Below, in pieces: positions 27,821 to 37,313 of a stretch of 64,000 nt of DNA; position 1 is the first letter of the stretch; each line of letters begins with the position of its first letter. The notes under the pieces are model-generated. The model saw only the letters and a list, made by a program, of their open reading frames with translations. It ran no database searches and had not been told where the DNA came from. The stretch spans positions 992,001 to 1,056,000 of the forward strand of contig OY970172.1 of assembly GCA_963707655.1 (NCBI GenBank), given 5' to 3'. Source of the stretch: an uncultured bacterium (GTDB lineage: Bacteria > Babelota > Babeliae > Babelales > Vermiphilaceae). Position numbers and translations under genes: made by a program.

Positions 27821-27945
27821 TAAAAGTATCGGCCCAACCTGACTCATGTTGACCTGATCACAATCACAACAAAAGTTGCTCAAGTAGTGCGCACATAAGT
27901 GCCCCGATAATCCAATAGGGGCACACCAGTTCTCGCTAAGGCTTG
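27821..27945. repeat. Degenerate junction repeat 6 (core 27919-27928)
   Basis: AAAAGTTGCT at 27871; ATAATCCAATAGGGGCACACCAG..CGCTAAGGCT. Confidence 0.75.
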
Positions 27946-28030
27946 CTATGTTCTCTGTATTATTGAACTTTGCGTAGCACTTCAGGAAAAATTATGAAAT
28001 TATTCAAACTGAGTTTGTTGATTGTGTTTA

Positions 28031-28339
28031 TTAACTGAGATATTTTTCAATATTTTGCTTCAACTCACTCTCCGGCATTTCTCCCAATGTTCTTCCCGTT
28101 TCTTTCTTATTTTTTATAAAAATAAAAGTAGGAAGAGAGACAACATTAAATTGCTCAGTGAGTTCGGGAAATTTATCAACATCAAACTCAGCGAACATAT
28201 ATTTTTGACCCAGCTCTTTTTCAAGCGCTTCAAAAATCGGTTTCATCTTTGCGCAGTGCGAGCACCACGTTGCAAATGCTTTTATAATAATTGGCTTAGC
28301 TGATTCTTTGACAGTATTTTGTATGAGTTGTGTAACCAT
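28031..28339 (-). CDS. Thioredoxin family protein
   Basis: ATWCSHC CxxC motif, VSLPT. Confidence 0.9.
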   Translation of the reverse strand: MVTQLIQNTVKESAKPIIIKAFATWCSHCAKMKPIFEALEKELGQKYMFAEFDVDKFPELTEQFNVVSLPTFIFIKNKKETGRTLGEMPESELKQNIEKYLS

Positions 28340-28745
28340 TAAAATCTCCTTATTTTTCTTTAAGATCCAATCTAAAACTGAAGATCAATCATTCTTGCTG
28401 ATTGCCGGAAAGTTCCGCAAATCATGTAAGCGGTGGGAACTTTGGAGAAATTGGAATCTCGACTTCACGCAGAAGCGGATGCGTAACCTCTCTCACATTT
28501 TTAGTTTTAGCGCTCATTTTAATTCCTTATCTTCTTTAAAAATGAATTTTTATTGCGTGCATAAAGTCACTATTATTCACTTGTTATGAGTATTGTTACT
28601 ATTTAAAGCAAATGTTTATGCCCCAGGTCAAGAGCTTAATCGGCTATCGGCGATAAAGTTGAACAGCCGATCGAGCTGCATGGCACGACTGCATGAAACG
28701 TGTAAAAAAATTGAACGTAAGGAATACTTTGATAGTTTTTTTGGC

Positions 28746-28862
28746 TAAAGAATAATATTGCCTAAGGATCGTATTGCCAAAACTAACGAATTCTCTATAA
28801 AAGAGCTGCTGTACTCAATAGGAAAAATACAATAACCTACGGAGAAGTATTTTAATAGATAA
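28746..28862 (+). repeat. ~117 bp direct repeat, copy A
   Basis: TAAAGAATAATATTGCCTAAGG...TTTTAATAGATAA near-identical to 32115..32232. Confidence 0.92.
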
Positions 28863-29198
28863 GGCTGTTCTCTCTTTTAACCGCTCCGCTGCAAATCGAA
28901 TTGATAATATTAATCCATAATGCTAAAAGTATTTTTTTTCTAAAAAATAAGTCCTTTCATGACTTGCTCAGATTTAGACTAGCAAATTTATTTTTTTTTA
29001 ATATAATGATCAAAAAATTAGAATCTTGAGGCCTTTATAATTCCTAACATTTTAGGTTTTTAGTAGTTGAGCGTTATTAACAGAGCGCGCTGTATCTTTA
29101 CGATTAAACGCAGTGGTCTGTAATTTTTAAAAATCATGATCTTATAAATCATGAAAATTCATCATATTTAAAGACTTACTAATTAGGAATGTATACTT

Positions 29199-30863
29199 AT
29201 GATTTCCAAAAAAATATTCTGTGTAATTACTATTATGTGGTTCTTCCTTCAGGCAAGTGACCATGACAATGGGTCCGTTGAACATAAGAGTGCTAATATA
29301 GATCAATATCTAAATGAAATAAGTTCTGAACAAGAAGAAAAAACCCAAATATTAGAACATATATTAAACAATTCAGCTGGGACTTACATAGATCTAGGAA
29401 CCGGCGGGGATTCGATTTCTTATCTAATTAATAATATTCCCGATCACTTACCAGTCACGCTCATTGGATCTGACATTGATAGCACTATACTCAATGCTAT
29501 TCCACAAAGACATCAAGCAATAGTCCCTTATATGCGAAGTTGTGATACTAGTAAATTACAATGCAAATTGGTTCGAATGGATGCAACCAATATGTATCCA
29601 ATCAGCAATAACTCCATAGATGGCGTCTCAGCTTCAGCCTTAACACACGAGATTTTTTCTTATGTCCCTACTAAAAGTTCATTAGATCAATTTTTCATCG
29701 AATTGATAAGGGTTTTAAAAGAAGGCGGCGTTTTTGTTTATCGAGATCCAAAATGGGATAGTAATCCCGAACAAGATTGTTTGGTTATTTTAAAGGATAA
29801 ATTGGCGAAATTTTTTGCTGTTCTATTTATTCCACGTTTTCTTGACAGAAAATTTACGGAACGCACAGATTACAAAAACCAATGTATAAAGCCAACCCTT
29901 TATAACAATTCTCACTTTAGAATCAACTACTTTAACAAAGGACTTAATAAAAGTAAAAAATCAAAGATAGAGGATTTTATTAATGTTCCTTTAACAGACA
30001 TAGATTTCAGTAGAAATATTTCTATTGAAGCCCCTAGAGGATTTATTAGTGAAATTCAAAGACATTATATCCTTTTCCTAAAGAATGTTTTTTTAACGGA
30101 ATTGATTGATAAAAACTTCTTTGATCGAGAAATTATAAACATTGATAATTTGCCTCTGGAAGAAGGAGCTATATTTAGAAACTTCTTGCAAAGTCATCAC
30201 ATAGATGACAGTTTAATTTCTACCTCCGCAGATCTTTTTCAGAAGATACTTCAAGAGAAAAAGCGTTTCTATAATTTTTTAGAAAATGGGTTATGGTGTA
30301 AAATCACCGACATGGAAAAAGCGCATAAATTTTGCTCCCATTTGTATGCCAATGGCATTAATAAAAATGTCATATGTATTCAGGATAATCATCTATGGGC
30401 AGACGCAAAAATAGCAACTTTACTGTTTCAAGATTGTCAGAAAGGACTTTTTGAGTTTCTCGATCAGACAACATCTTCAATACCGGTGAATGCTCTAGAA
30501 TGGATGAAACGAGAAGGCGAAGAATACTATTTTTATAAGACAACCGATGAATTAATTACGTATATAGGTCAGCTCACCAAGTTCCATTTAAAAGGAACCG
30601 ACAAAGATGGGTATTTGTTGTGTCCCGTGAGCCCTAATCATGTCAAGACAATTTCTCGAAATTTATATAAAAACATAGTCCGCGCACATACTGAAGTAAT
30701 GGATATAGACGGTAACCAGGAAGATATAATTTTCGATAAAAATATAATTCATTTTAAGCTAATGAAAACATCCGATGCATTAGCAGTATATAAAGAGTTG
30801 TGTAAAAAAAATGATCATATTTTTGTTCAATTAAATCAATGGATTCAAAATGGCTTACGATGA
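29199..30863 (+). CDS. Class I SAM-dependent methyltransferase domain protein
   Basis: IDLGTGG, IGSDID, RMDA, LTHEIFSY, RVLKEGG. Confidence 0.8.
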   Translation: MISKKIFCVITIMWFFLQASDHDNGSVEHKSANIDQYLNEISSEQEEKTQILEHILNNSAGTYIDLGTGGDSISYLINNIPDHLPVTLIGSDIDSTILNAIPQRHQAIVPYMRSCDTSKLQCKLVRMDATNMYPISNNSIDGVSASALTHEIFSYVPTKSSLDQFFIELIRVLKEGGVFVYRDPKWDSNPEQDCLVILKDKLAKFFAVLFIPRFLDRKFTERTDYKNQCIKPTLYNNSHFRINYFNKGLNKSKKSKIEDFINVPLTDIDFSRNISIEAPRGFISEIQRHYILFLKNVFLTELIDKNFFDREIINIDNLPLEEGAIFRNFLQSHHIDDSLISTSADLFQKILQEKKRFYNFLENGLWCKITDMEKAHKFCSHLYANGINKNVICIQDNHLWADAKIATLLFQDCQKGLFEFLDQTTSSIPVNALEWMKREGEEYYFYKTTDELITYIGQLTKFHLKGTDKDGYLLCPVSPNHVKTISRNLYKNIVRAHTEVMDIDGNQEDIIFDKNIIHFKLMKTSDALAVYKELCKKNDHIFVQLNQWIQNGLR

Positions 30864-31356
30864 AATTTTAGATATAGTATCACCTCTTGATGAAGTGATC
30901 GGTCAAGAAAAAAGAAGCATTGTATACTCTCAAAAACTCTATTTTAGGGTTATTAACGCCTTTGTATGTAATTCACAAAAACAACTATGGATCCCACGTC
31001 GTCACCCAAACAAGAAATTATTTCCATTATTTCTGGATTGCAGTGTGGGAGGTCACGTTGCTGCAGGAGAAGATTACGATCATGCTTTTGTGCGCGAGAC
31101 AGCAGAAGAGTTGAATGTTGATATCGATACGATTCCATTTAAAAAAACCGCACGATTAACTCCAATCACTCATGGAACCTCTGCATTTATGTGGGTTTAT
31201 ATTATTTATTCTGATATTGCGCCTATGTTTAATAGAGATGATTTTGTTGAGTATTATTGGCTAAAACCCGAAGAAATAGTCCATCGTTTAGAAACTGGTG
31301 ATCAAGCCAAAAGTGACTTGCTGCCAATATTAAATGAAATTAAGGATAAATTATGA
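30850..31356 (+). CDS. NUDIX hydrolase (YfcD/IDI-like)
   Basis: GGHVAAGEDYDHAFVRETAEEL Nudix box. Confidence 0.9.
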   Translation: MAYDEILDIVSPLDEVIGQEKRSIVYSQKLYFRVINAFVCNSQKQLWIPRRHPNKKLFPLFLDCSVGGHVAAGEDYDHAFVRETAEELNVDIDTIPFKKTARLTPITHGTSAFMWVYIIYSDIAPMFNRDDFVEYYWLKPEEIVHRLETGDQAKSDLLPILNEIKDKL

Positions 31357-31997
31357 GATTTTTATTTGTTTTATTGATCTGTTCATTTATCAATGCAGAA
31401 CATTATGTTTTAATAGGTCCACCGGGATCCGGTAAAGGAACCTTCTCTCACAAGTTAGTACGAGAACAAGATTATTGCCAAATTTGTCCTGGAGATATAG
31501 TAAGAACTCATATAAAAAACGAGACTGAGCTCGGAAAAGTCATCAAGCCAATAGTGGAAAGCGGTGATTATATAAATGACGGAATAATTTACAAAATCAT
31601 TGAAGCCCAGATAACAGAATGCGTAAAAAACAAAATTTCATTCATTTTAGATGGCTTTCCGAGGCATGAAAACGGATATTTGTTCATTAAAGATCTTTTC
31701 AAACGATTAAATATTGAGGCTGAGATAACTTTCGTTCATTTTCTCGTTGATGACTCAACTTGCATTGAGAGAATATCCAATCGAGTTGTATGTTTTGAGT
31801 GTTATAATGTTTATAATCTAAAAACCAAGCGACCTTTGATTGAAATGACATGCGATGAGTGCTATAAGCCTTTGGAAATAAGGCTGGGGGATACGATTCA
31901 AAACACCAAAAAAAGATTGCTGTATTTTAGAGAAATTATCGAGCCAATAGTTGAATTGGCACAAAAAGATTTTAAGGTGCTTATCATACAAAGTTAG
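31353..31997 (+). CDS. Adenylate kinase-family NMP kinase
   Basis: GPPGSGKGT, ILDGFPR, zinc lid CFEC..CDEC. Confidence 0.9.
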   Translation: MRFLFVLLICSFINAEHYVLIGPPGSGKGTFSHKLVREQDYCQICPGDIVRTHIKNETELGKVIKPIVESGDYINDGIIYKIIEAQITECVKNKISFILDGFPRHENGYLFIKDLFKRLNIEAEITFVHFLVDDSTCIERISNRVVCFECYNVYNLKTKRPLIEMTCDECYKPLEIRLGDTIQNTKKRLLYFREIIEPIVELAQKDFKVLIIQS

Positions 31998-32114
31998 TAA
32001 AAATTGAGTTAGTAAACTAAAGAGTTGCTGACTCAATTTCTTATATCTAAGCCAATTCTTATATCTAAGCCAAGGCCACCAGCTCCACTACCATCCTTTT
32101 CTACTCGAGCTCGA

Positions 32115-32232
32115 TAAAGAATAATATTGCCTAAGGATCGTATTGCCAAAACTAACGAATTCTCTATAAAAGAGCTGCTGTACTCAATAGGAAAAAATAC
32201 AATAACCTACGGATAAGTATTTTAATAGATAA
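32115..32232 (+). repeat. ~118 bp direct repeat, copy B
   Basis: Matches 28746..28862 apart from one extra A and one substitution. Confidence 0.92.
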
Positions 32233-32245
32233 AAGAGGAGTAAAA

Positions 32246-32590
32246 ATGACGATAGAAAGATCTATGATCACAACCACTTTTGAGCTACCCAATTGCAAAG
32301 TGGTAAAAACTATTGGCATCGTAAGAGGAATTTCTGTTCGCTCTCGAAGTGTAATTGGCTCATTTGGTGCAGGAATACAGATACTGTTTGGTGGCAATAT
32401 TACTTTGCTCACTAAATTATGTGAACAAACACGCCAAGAAGCGTATGAAATTGCAATACGGCAAGCTGAAGAATTAGGGGCAAATGCCATCGTTGGTTTT
32501 CGGTACGATGCAAACGAGGTTGCCAGTGGTGTTACAGAAGTTCTTGCCTACGGAACGGCAGTTGTCGTAGAAAAAATTTCCTCGCATTAA
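32246..32590 (+). CDS. YbjQ/UPF0145 family protein
   Basis: GIVRGISVRSR, AEELGANAIVGFRYD, EVLAYGTAV. Confidence 0.92.
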   Translation: MTIERSMITTTFELPNCKVVKTIGIVRGISVRSRSVIGSFGAGIQILFGGNITLLTKLCEQTRQEAYEIAIRQAEELGANAIVGFRYDANEVASGVTEVLAYGTAVVVEKISSH

Positions 32591-32668
32591 GCTTTATCTG
32601 ATCGGCAGGTGTTGATTTAACATTGATTATGACAACTGGAGACGGTCCATATAATTTTTGAGCTTTTT

Positions 32669-33481
32669 TCATATATCCAAAATAAGTTGTCCGGCTTCTA
32701 TCGCATAGCCGCCAACTTTTATGCCATTGCTTGTATCAACGTGAATTTGTCCCATTTTGCCAAGCATGTGTCCCTGTTCAACAATAATAGGGGTCTCAAG
32801 CGAATAATGTTTTTTAAGATATGCGCCAAGCGCACCCGCAGCTACCCCCGTAACAGGATCTTCATGTACGCCGGTTGAAGGATTAAATTGTCGCGCATTG
32901 TAAAAATGATTATTTATTTTTACAAAAGCATATATACCTGTCGGAACCAGCTCTTTTATTAAGTCAAAATTTGGCATCAAGTTCCATAGCGCTGCTCTAT
33001 CTTTTAACTCTACCAATAGTTTTGGTGTTCCCGTGGACACACGTATAGGGGTGTTAATTATTAATGCGGGGGTAACGCCAAGCAATTGAGCAATGTCATT
33101 AATAGCGCATTCTTGTTGATAAAATATTGGATTTGCTTGCTCCATTTCTATCATGCCATCATCTTTTTTTGAGACGGATAAGATACCTGCCAGGGTTTCT
33201 TGCGTTAACGTTTTTACCGATCCACCATGGCCCAACAAGTGGAACAAGGCTATCGTGGCGTGCCCACAAAGAGCCATTTCTTTTTTTGGGCTAAAAAACC
33301 GTACTTTGACCGTGGCAATAGCCGATTTTTGAATAAAAGCACACTCTGAATAGCCAGTTTTATGGACAATGCTCATCATCTGTTCAGCGGTTAAATCATC
33401 AGCATCAAATACAATGCCTACCGGGTTTCCCTGGAAACTATCGTTGGTAAATGATTTTAAAATATGTACTTTGATTTGCAT
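32669..33481 (-). CDS. PhzF family epimerase/isomerase
   Basis: GNPVG, SECAF, LCGHAT, EDPVTG. Confidence 0.92.
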   Translation of the reverse strand: MQIKVHILKSFTNDSFQGNPVGIVFDADDLTAEQMMSIVHKTGYSECAFIQKSAIATVKVRFFSPKKEMALCGHATIALFHLLGHGGSVKTLTQETLAGILSVSKKDDGMIEMEQANPIFYQQECAINDIAQLLGVTPALIINTPIRVSTGTPKLLVELKDRAALWNLMPNFDLIKELVPTGIYAFVKINNHFYNARQFNPSTGVHEDPVTGVAAGALGAYLKKHYSLETPIIVEQGHMLGKMGQIHVDTSNGIKVGGYAIEAGQLILDI

Positions 33482-33517
33482 ATTATGGATCTGTTCTTGA
33501 AAATAAGGGGCGCGTTT

Positions 33518-34408
33518 TTAAAAAGAGATTTTCCATGCTGTCCAGAGAGTAAGAATATGCTTATTGCCAAATATTTTTGGTTTGTGGTCAAAGCCATAGG
33601 CAATGTTGAATAACAGCCTACTGGAAAGATTGTGAATCAAAAAATTATACTTATATACCAGGTAAAAACTACTTCTTTGGTAATTAGTTTTTGCAACGGT
33701 ATCATCAAGATGCGGATAAATGTGCGCGCCAAAATTTGCACGTGCGGTATATCCACCTTCCAGGCCATGTTTGGTCCAACTATTTTTACACGCAACAAGT
33801 AAGTCGCCAAGATTACCGATAGTGAAGCGATAATTGATTCCGAGATTGTCCTGCGCGGTTCGCGGTAAAAAATGTATATAGCGCGCTGCGTATAAAAGAG
33901 CAGTCGTATGATTTAAAGCGTATGAACCATCGATTTGAGCGCCGGCTCCTACTTCGCCATACCCAAAACTTACGTGCTGCAAGCTCAAAATCTTATGAGT
34001 CGGAATGCCAAACAACCCTGAAAGGGTCAATAGTGCCCGATCATTCATCTTAAAATTATAGCCACCGGTAAAAAGAATATCATCCGTTTCTGTGCCAGAA
34101 AAAGGAGTTGCGCCGCCCCCCTCCTGGTGTATGTGTGATGCCGCAGCATCAACACGAAAATAACAGGATTTAAAATTGTAAATAAAGGTGCCCAAGCCGC
34201 CAATAAAATTTTGCCGAATTCCATTGTATTTTTTTTGATATTGATCAAAAAGGAGCATTACGGTTTCATATGTATCACGTTTATCATTTGATAATGGTTG
34301 CTTGGTGATCTGTGCAATGCGCAGGTTGTAGACTATTGATATTGCCGACACATTGGCGCAGAACAGGGCGATGAAAATTAGTATCCATGCGTATATTGTA
34401 TGGTTCAT
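33518..34408 (-). CDS. Putative outer-membrane beta-barrel protein
   Basis: Signal peptide, alternating beta pattern, terminal Phe. Confidence 0.6.
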   Translation of the reverse strand: MNHTIYAWILIFIALFCANVSAISIVYNLRIAQITKQPLSNDKRDTYETVMLLFDQYQKKYNGIRQNFIGGLGTFIYNFKSCYFRVDAAASHIHQEGGGATPFSGTETDDILFTGGYNFKMNDRALLTLSGLFGIPTHKILSLQHVSFGYGEVGAGAQIDGSYALNHTTALLYAARYIHFLPRTAQDNLGINYRFTIGNLGDLLVACKNSWTKHGLEGGYTARANFGAHIYPHLDDTVAKTNYQRSSFYLVYKYNFLIHNLSSRLLFNIAYGFDHKPKIFGNKHILTLWTAWKISF

Positions 34409-34586
34409 TATATCCTAACTCATAACATATGCTCACTCTTATTTTACGGCAATGATGAAATCAAAATAAAGATTAATTGTTGCTTGCGGAACAATTTTAG
34501 ATTCTTGTTGCATTTCACCCATAGGTTATTAGAACATTTATACGAAATAAAATCATATAACAAAAGATTTTAATCTAAGGATTGCG

Positions 34587-37244
34587 ATGAAGAAGTTTCT
34601 TTTTTTATTGTTGTTAACTCCCGCTTCTCTTTGGGGCAGCACCTTTGTAGTAACAAATACTAATGATACCGGTACAGGATCATTGCGTCAGGCGATGCTT
34701 GATGCGCAAACTGATGTAACGCCACCAAGCTTAATACAATTTAATATACCCGGCGGAGTCCCGCAAACCATCACACCTCTATCAACTCTTCCTACCATCC
34801 AGACCACTACAACAATTGATGGTACCACTCAACAACCGGGATGGGTTTCCGGTGATGATATGCCTATTGTTATTGATTGTACTCAATTAGCCATAGTCGT
34901 GCCGACCGGTTTTTGCTTTCTTATTGACAGCGCGAGCAACTGCTTAATTAAAGGCTTGGCCATCAAAAGCTATGTTGGCGGCTCAGTAAATGGCAATGCT
35001 ATCAGAATCAGAAGTACAACAGCTGTAGCCAATAACAACCAAATTAATAACTGCTTTTTTGGCTGCGAGGCAGATGGTAGCGTTCTTATGACCTTTACTG
35101 ACAATACACGTTCCATCGTCGTTGCAGGAAATACGACCTATGCGGTAACAAACACCATTATTGGTGGACCAAATGCGGGTGATGGAAACCTGCTGGTCAA
35201 CACGAGCGTTAATGCTGTAGATCTACAATTTAATGTACTGAATACTCTTATTCAAAACAATTTTTTTGGTACCGACAAAACCGGTATGATTGCTGTTGGA
35301 GAAAATCCCTATGACATTGCCATATTTGGTGAACTCAACGGGCCATGCAACAATACTATTATAAGAGCCAACGTTTTGGCAAATAATTCCGACTCTACTG
35401 CGGCTGCTATTAACCTTGTTCAAAACGTTAATGACACTATTATTGATAATAACAAAATTGGTACTAATGCCGCCGGAACAGCGGCGTTGGCAAATGTTGG
35501 CATGGGAATAAACACTTTTGGTTCAACCGGCTTAGACGTTAACGGTACTCAAATAATTAATAATATTATCTCCGGTAACCCCACAGGCGGAATTGTTCTT
35601 AATGATTTGACTAATAATTCCGTAATACAGGGCAACTACATTGGTGTTGATATAACCGGTGCTTTCGCAATACCAAACAACCCGGGGATATTAATACAGG
35701 CCGATACAGCCGGCACCGGCTTTTCTTGCTCCAACAATCTCATTGGGGGAACAACAAGCGCTGAGGGAAATCTTATATCAGGAAACACGACTGCCGGTAT
35801 TCAACTCGCCGATGATGTCATTGCAACTACCATTGAAGGAAATCTCATTGGCGTGAATGCCGTTGACACAAGTGCATTGCCAAATGGTGCGGGAATCCAG
35901 CTTTTAGGAACTGAGAGTGTGTTGTTAACGGATGCGCTTCTGCATTCTCTGGTTACTGGCCTTACCGGCTTGCCGGTAACAGGAACCGTTATACAAAATA
36001 ACGTTATTTCCGGCAACACCGCTGAAGGGATCAGTTTGACTTCAGGTACAGTCAATAGCATAATCCAAGCAAATTTCATTGGTACCAATAGCTCGGGAGC
36101 TTCGCTGGGCAATGGTGGTTCGGGAATAATAATAGAAGGAACCGCCGGATTTCCTTGCACCAATAACCTTATTGGCGGTACGACGAGCACAAGCGATGGC
36201 AATACTATCGAATTTAACGGGGCATATGGCGTGGAAGTAGATGGAAACGCAACTACTCCCGATATTCTTAATCCTATTTTAGGCAATAGTATATTTTTAA
36301 ATGCTGACAATGGTATTGAGCTTCTTGATGATGGTAATGATGATCAAGAACCACCCACCATTGATAGCGCTGCAGTATGTGCAATGGGAGGTAACACGGT
36401 CACCATAGGGGTAACAGCTCCGGCAACACCGGCCGCATCTAATTTTAGGTTAGAATTCTTTTTAAATACGGTAAACCGCAATCCGATAACAGAAGGTCAA
36501 ACTTTTATTGGTGCTATAGCTTCTGTGTCCTCCGGCCAAACAGTAATACAAAGTTTTACCTTGCCAGAGGGTACTGTTTCTGCCGGTGAGTGGGTGAGCG
36601 CTACTGCTACTAATTTGAATGGGGCCGGCGGTACACCGGGAGACACTTCTGAGTTCAGTTTAAATACCGTCTTCAGCGCATTTACTCCGCCGACAATAAC
36701 TTCATTTACTGCCAACACTACATCAATACATACCGGCGGCTCAGCAACATTTACCGTTGCTTTCACGCAAGGCTCAAATCCTGGGCCATTTGATGCAATG
36801 TGGTCTGATGGTGCTACCCAAATGAATGTGACTTCACCCTTTATGCGCACCGTGAGCCCGACCTCAACAACAACGTATACCGTAACAATAATTGATAGCG
36901 TTGGTTGCACGGATACATCTTCACCAATTACTATTACCGTAACGGGCCCTGTTCTTCCTCCAAATTCAGTGTCAGGAAATGCGGTACGAAATATTTTTCT
37001 TACGCAAATAGATTTCATTAATATAATTACTTGGACAGCCCCAACGAGTGGAGCCGCGCCAGTCACCTATAAAATCTATAGAGATGCTGCGTTAACAGAA
37101 CTGCTTGCAACAATTCCTGCAAACGGCCCACTGCAGTACTACGATCACGACCGCCAGCCAGGAGTAACCTATAGTTATTATATCGTTTCAATTGATTCAC
37201 TTGGTAATGTTTCAGCACCTATCAATATCAACATAACTTCCTAA
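34587..37244 (+). CDS. Secreted parallel beta-helix repeat protein with C-terminal Fn3-like domain
   Basis: Signal peptide, VTNTNDTGTGSLRQA, repeated GN.IG/NLISGN, WTAP..Y.IYR..Y.YYIVS. Confidence 0.85.
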   Translation: MKKFLFLLLLTPASLWGSTFVVTNTNDTGTGSLRQAMLDAQTDVTPPSLIQFNIPGGVPQTITPLSTLPTIQTTTTIDGTTQQPGWVSGDDMPIVIDCTQLAIVVPTGFCFLIDSASNCLIKGLAIKSYVGGSVNGNAIRIRSTTAVANNNQINNCFFGCEADGSVLMTFTDNTRSIVVAGNTTYAVTNTIIGGPNAGDGNLLVNTSVNAVDLQFNVLNTLIQNNFFGTDKTGMIAVGENPYDIAIFGELNGPCNNTIIRANVLANNSDSTAAAINLVQNVNDTIIDNNKIGTNAAGTAALANVGMGINTFGSTGLDVNGTQIINNIISGNPTGGIVLNDLTNNSVIQGNYIGVDITGAFAIPNNPGILIQADTAGTGFSCSNNLIGGTTSAEGNLISGNTTAGIQLADDVIATTIEGNLIGVNAVDTSALPNGAGIQLLGTESVLLTDALLHSLVTGLTGLPVTGTVIQNNVISGNTAEGISLTSGTVNSIIQANFIGTNSSGASLGNGGSGIIIEGTAGFPCTNNLIGGTTSTSDGNTIEFNGAYGVEVDGNATTPDILNPILGNSIFLNADNGIELLDDGNDDQEPPTIDSAAVCAMGGNTVTIGVTAPATPAASNFRLEFFLNTVNRNPITEGQTFIGAIASVSSGQTVIQSFTLPEGTVSAGEWVSATATNLNGAGGTPGDTSEFSLNTVFSAFTPPTITSFTANTTSIHTGGSATFTVAFTQGSNPGPFDAMWSDGATQMNVTSPFMRTVSPTSTTTYTVTIIDSVGCTDTSSPITITVTGPVLPPNSVSGNAVRNIFLTQIDFINIITWTAPTSGAAPVTYKIYRDAALTELLATIPANGPLQYYDHDRQPGVTYSYYIVSIDSLGNVSAPININITS

Positions 37245-37313
37245 AAGATAAGGTATTTATTTAAAAAGTTGAGTAAAAGTTATACAAAAATATTAAGTTA
37301 TTAGAGGAAAAAA

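Noticed and set aside
14342..27928. CRISPR array interpretation of the recurring junction sequence near a Cas4-like nuclease
   Set aside because: Repeats are 2.5-3 kb apart and separated by whole genes; no cas1/cas2 or other cas genes are visible
11146..27928. Classical integron (IntI plus attC)
   Set aside because: No RYYYAAC/GTTRRRY attC boxes were recognised, the tyrosine recombinase lacks recognisable IntI features, and the cores are tRNA 3' ends; the integron comparison is only an analogy
32038..32073. Short tandem duplication TTCTTATATCTAAGCCAA x2
   Set aside because: Only two copies; likely slippage with no supportable function
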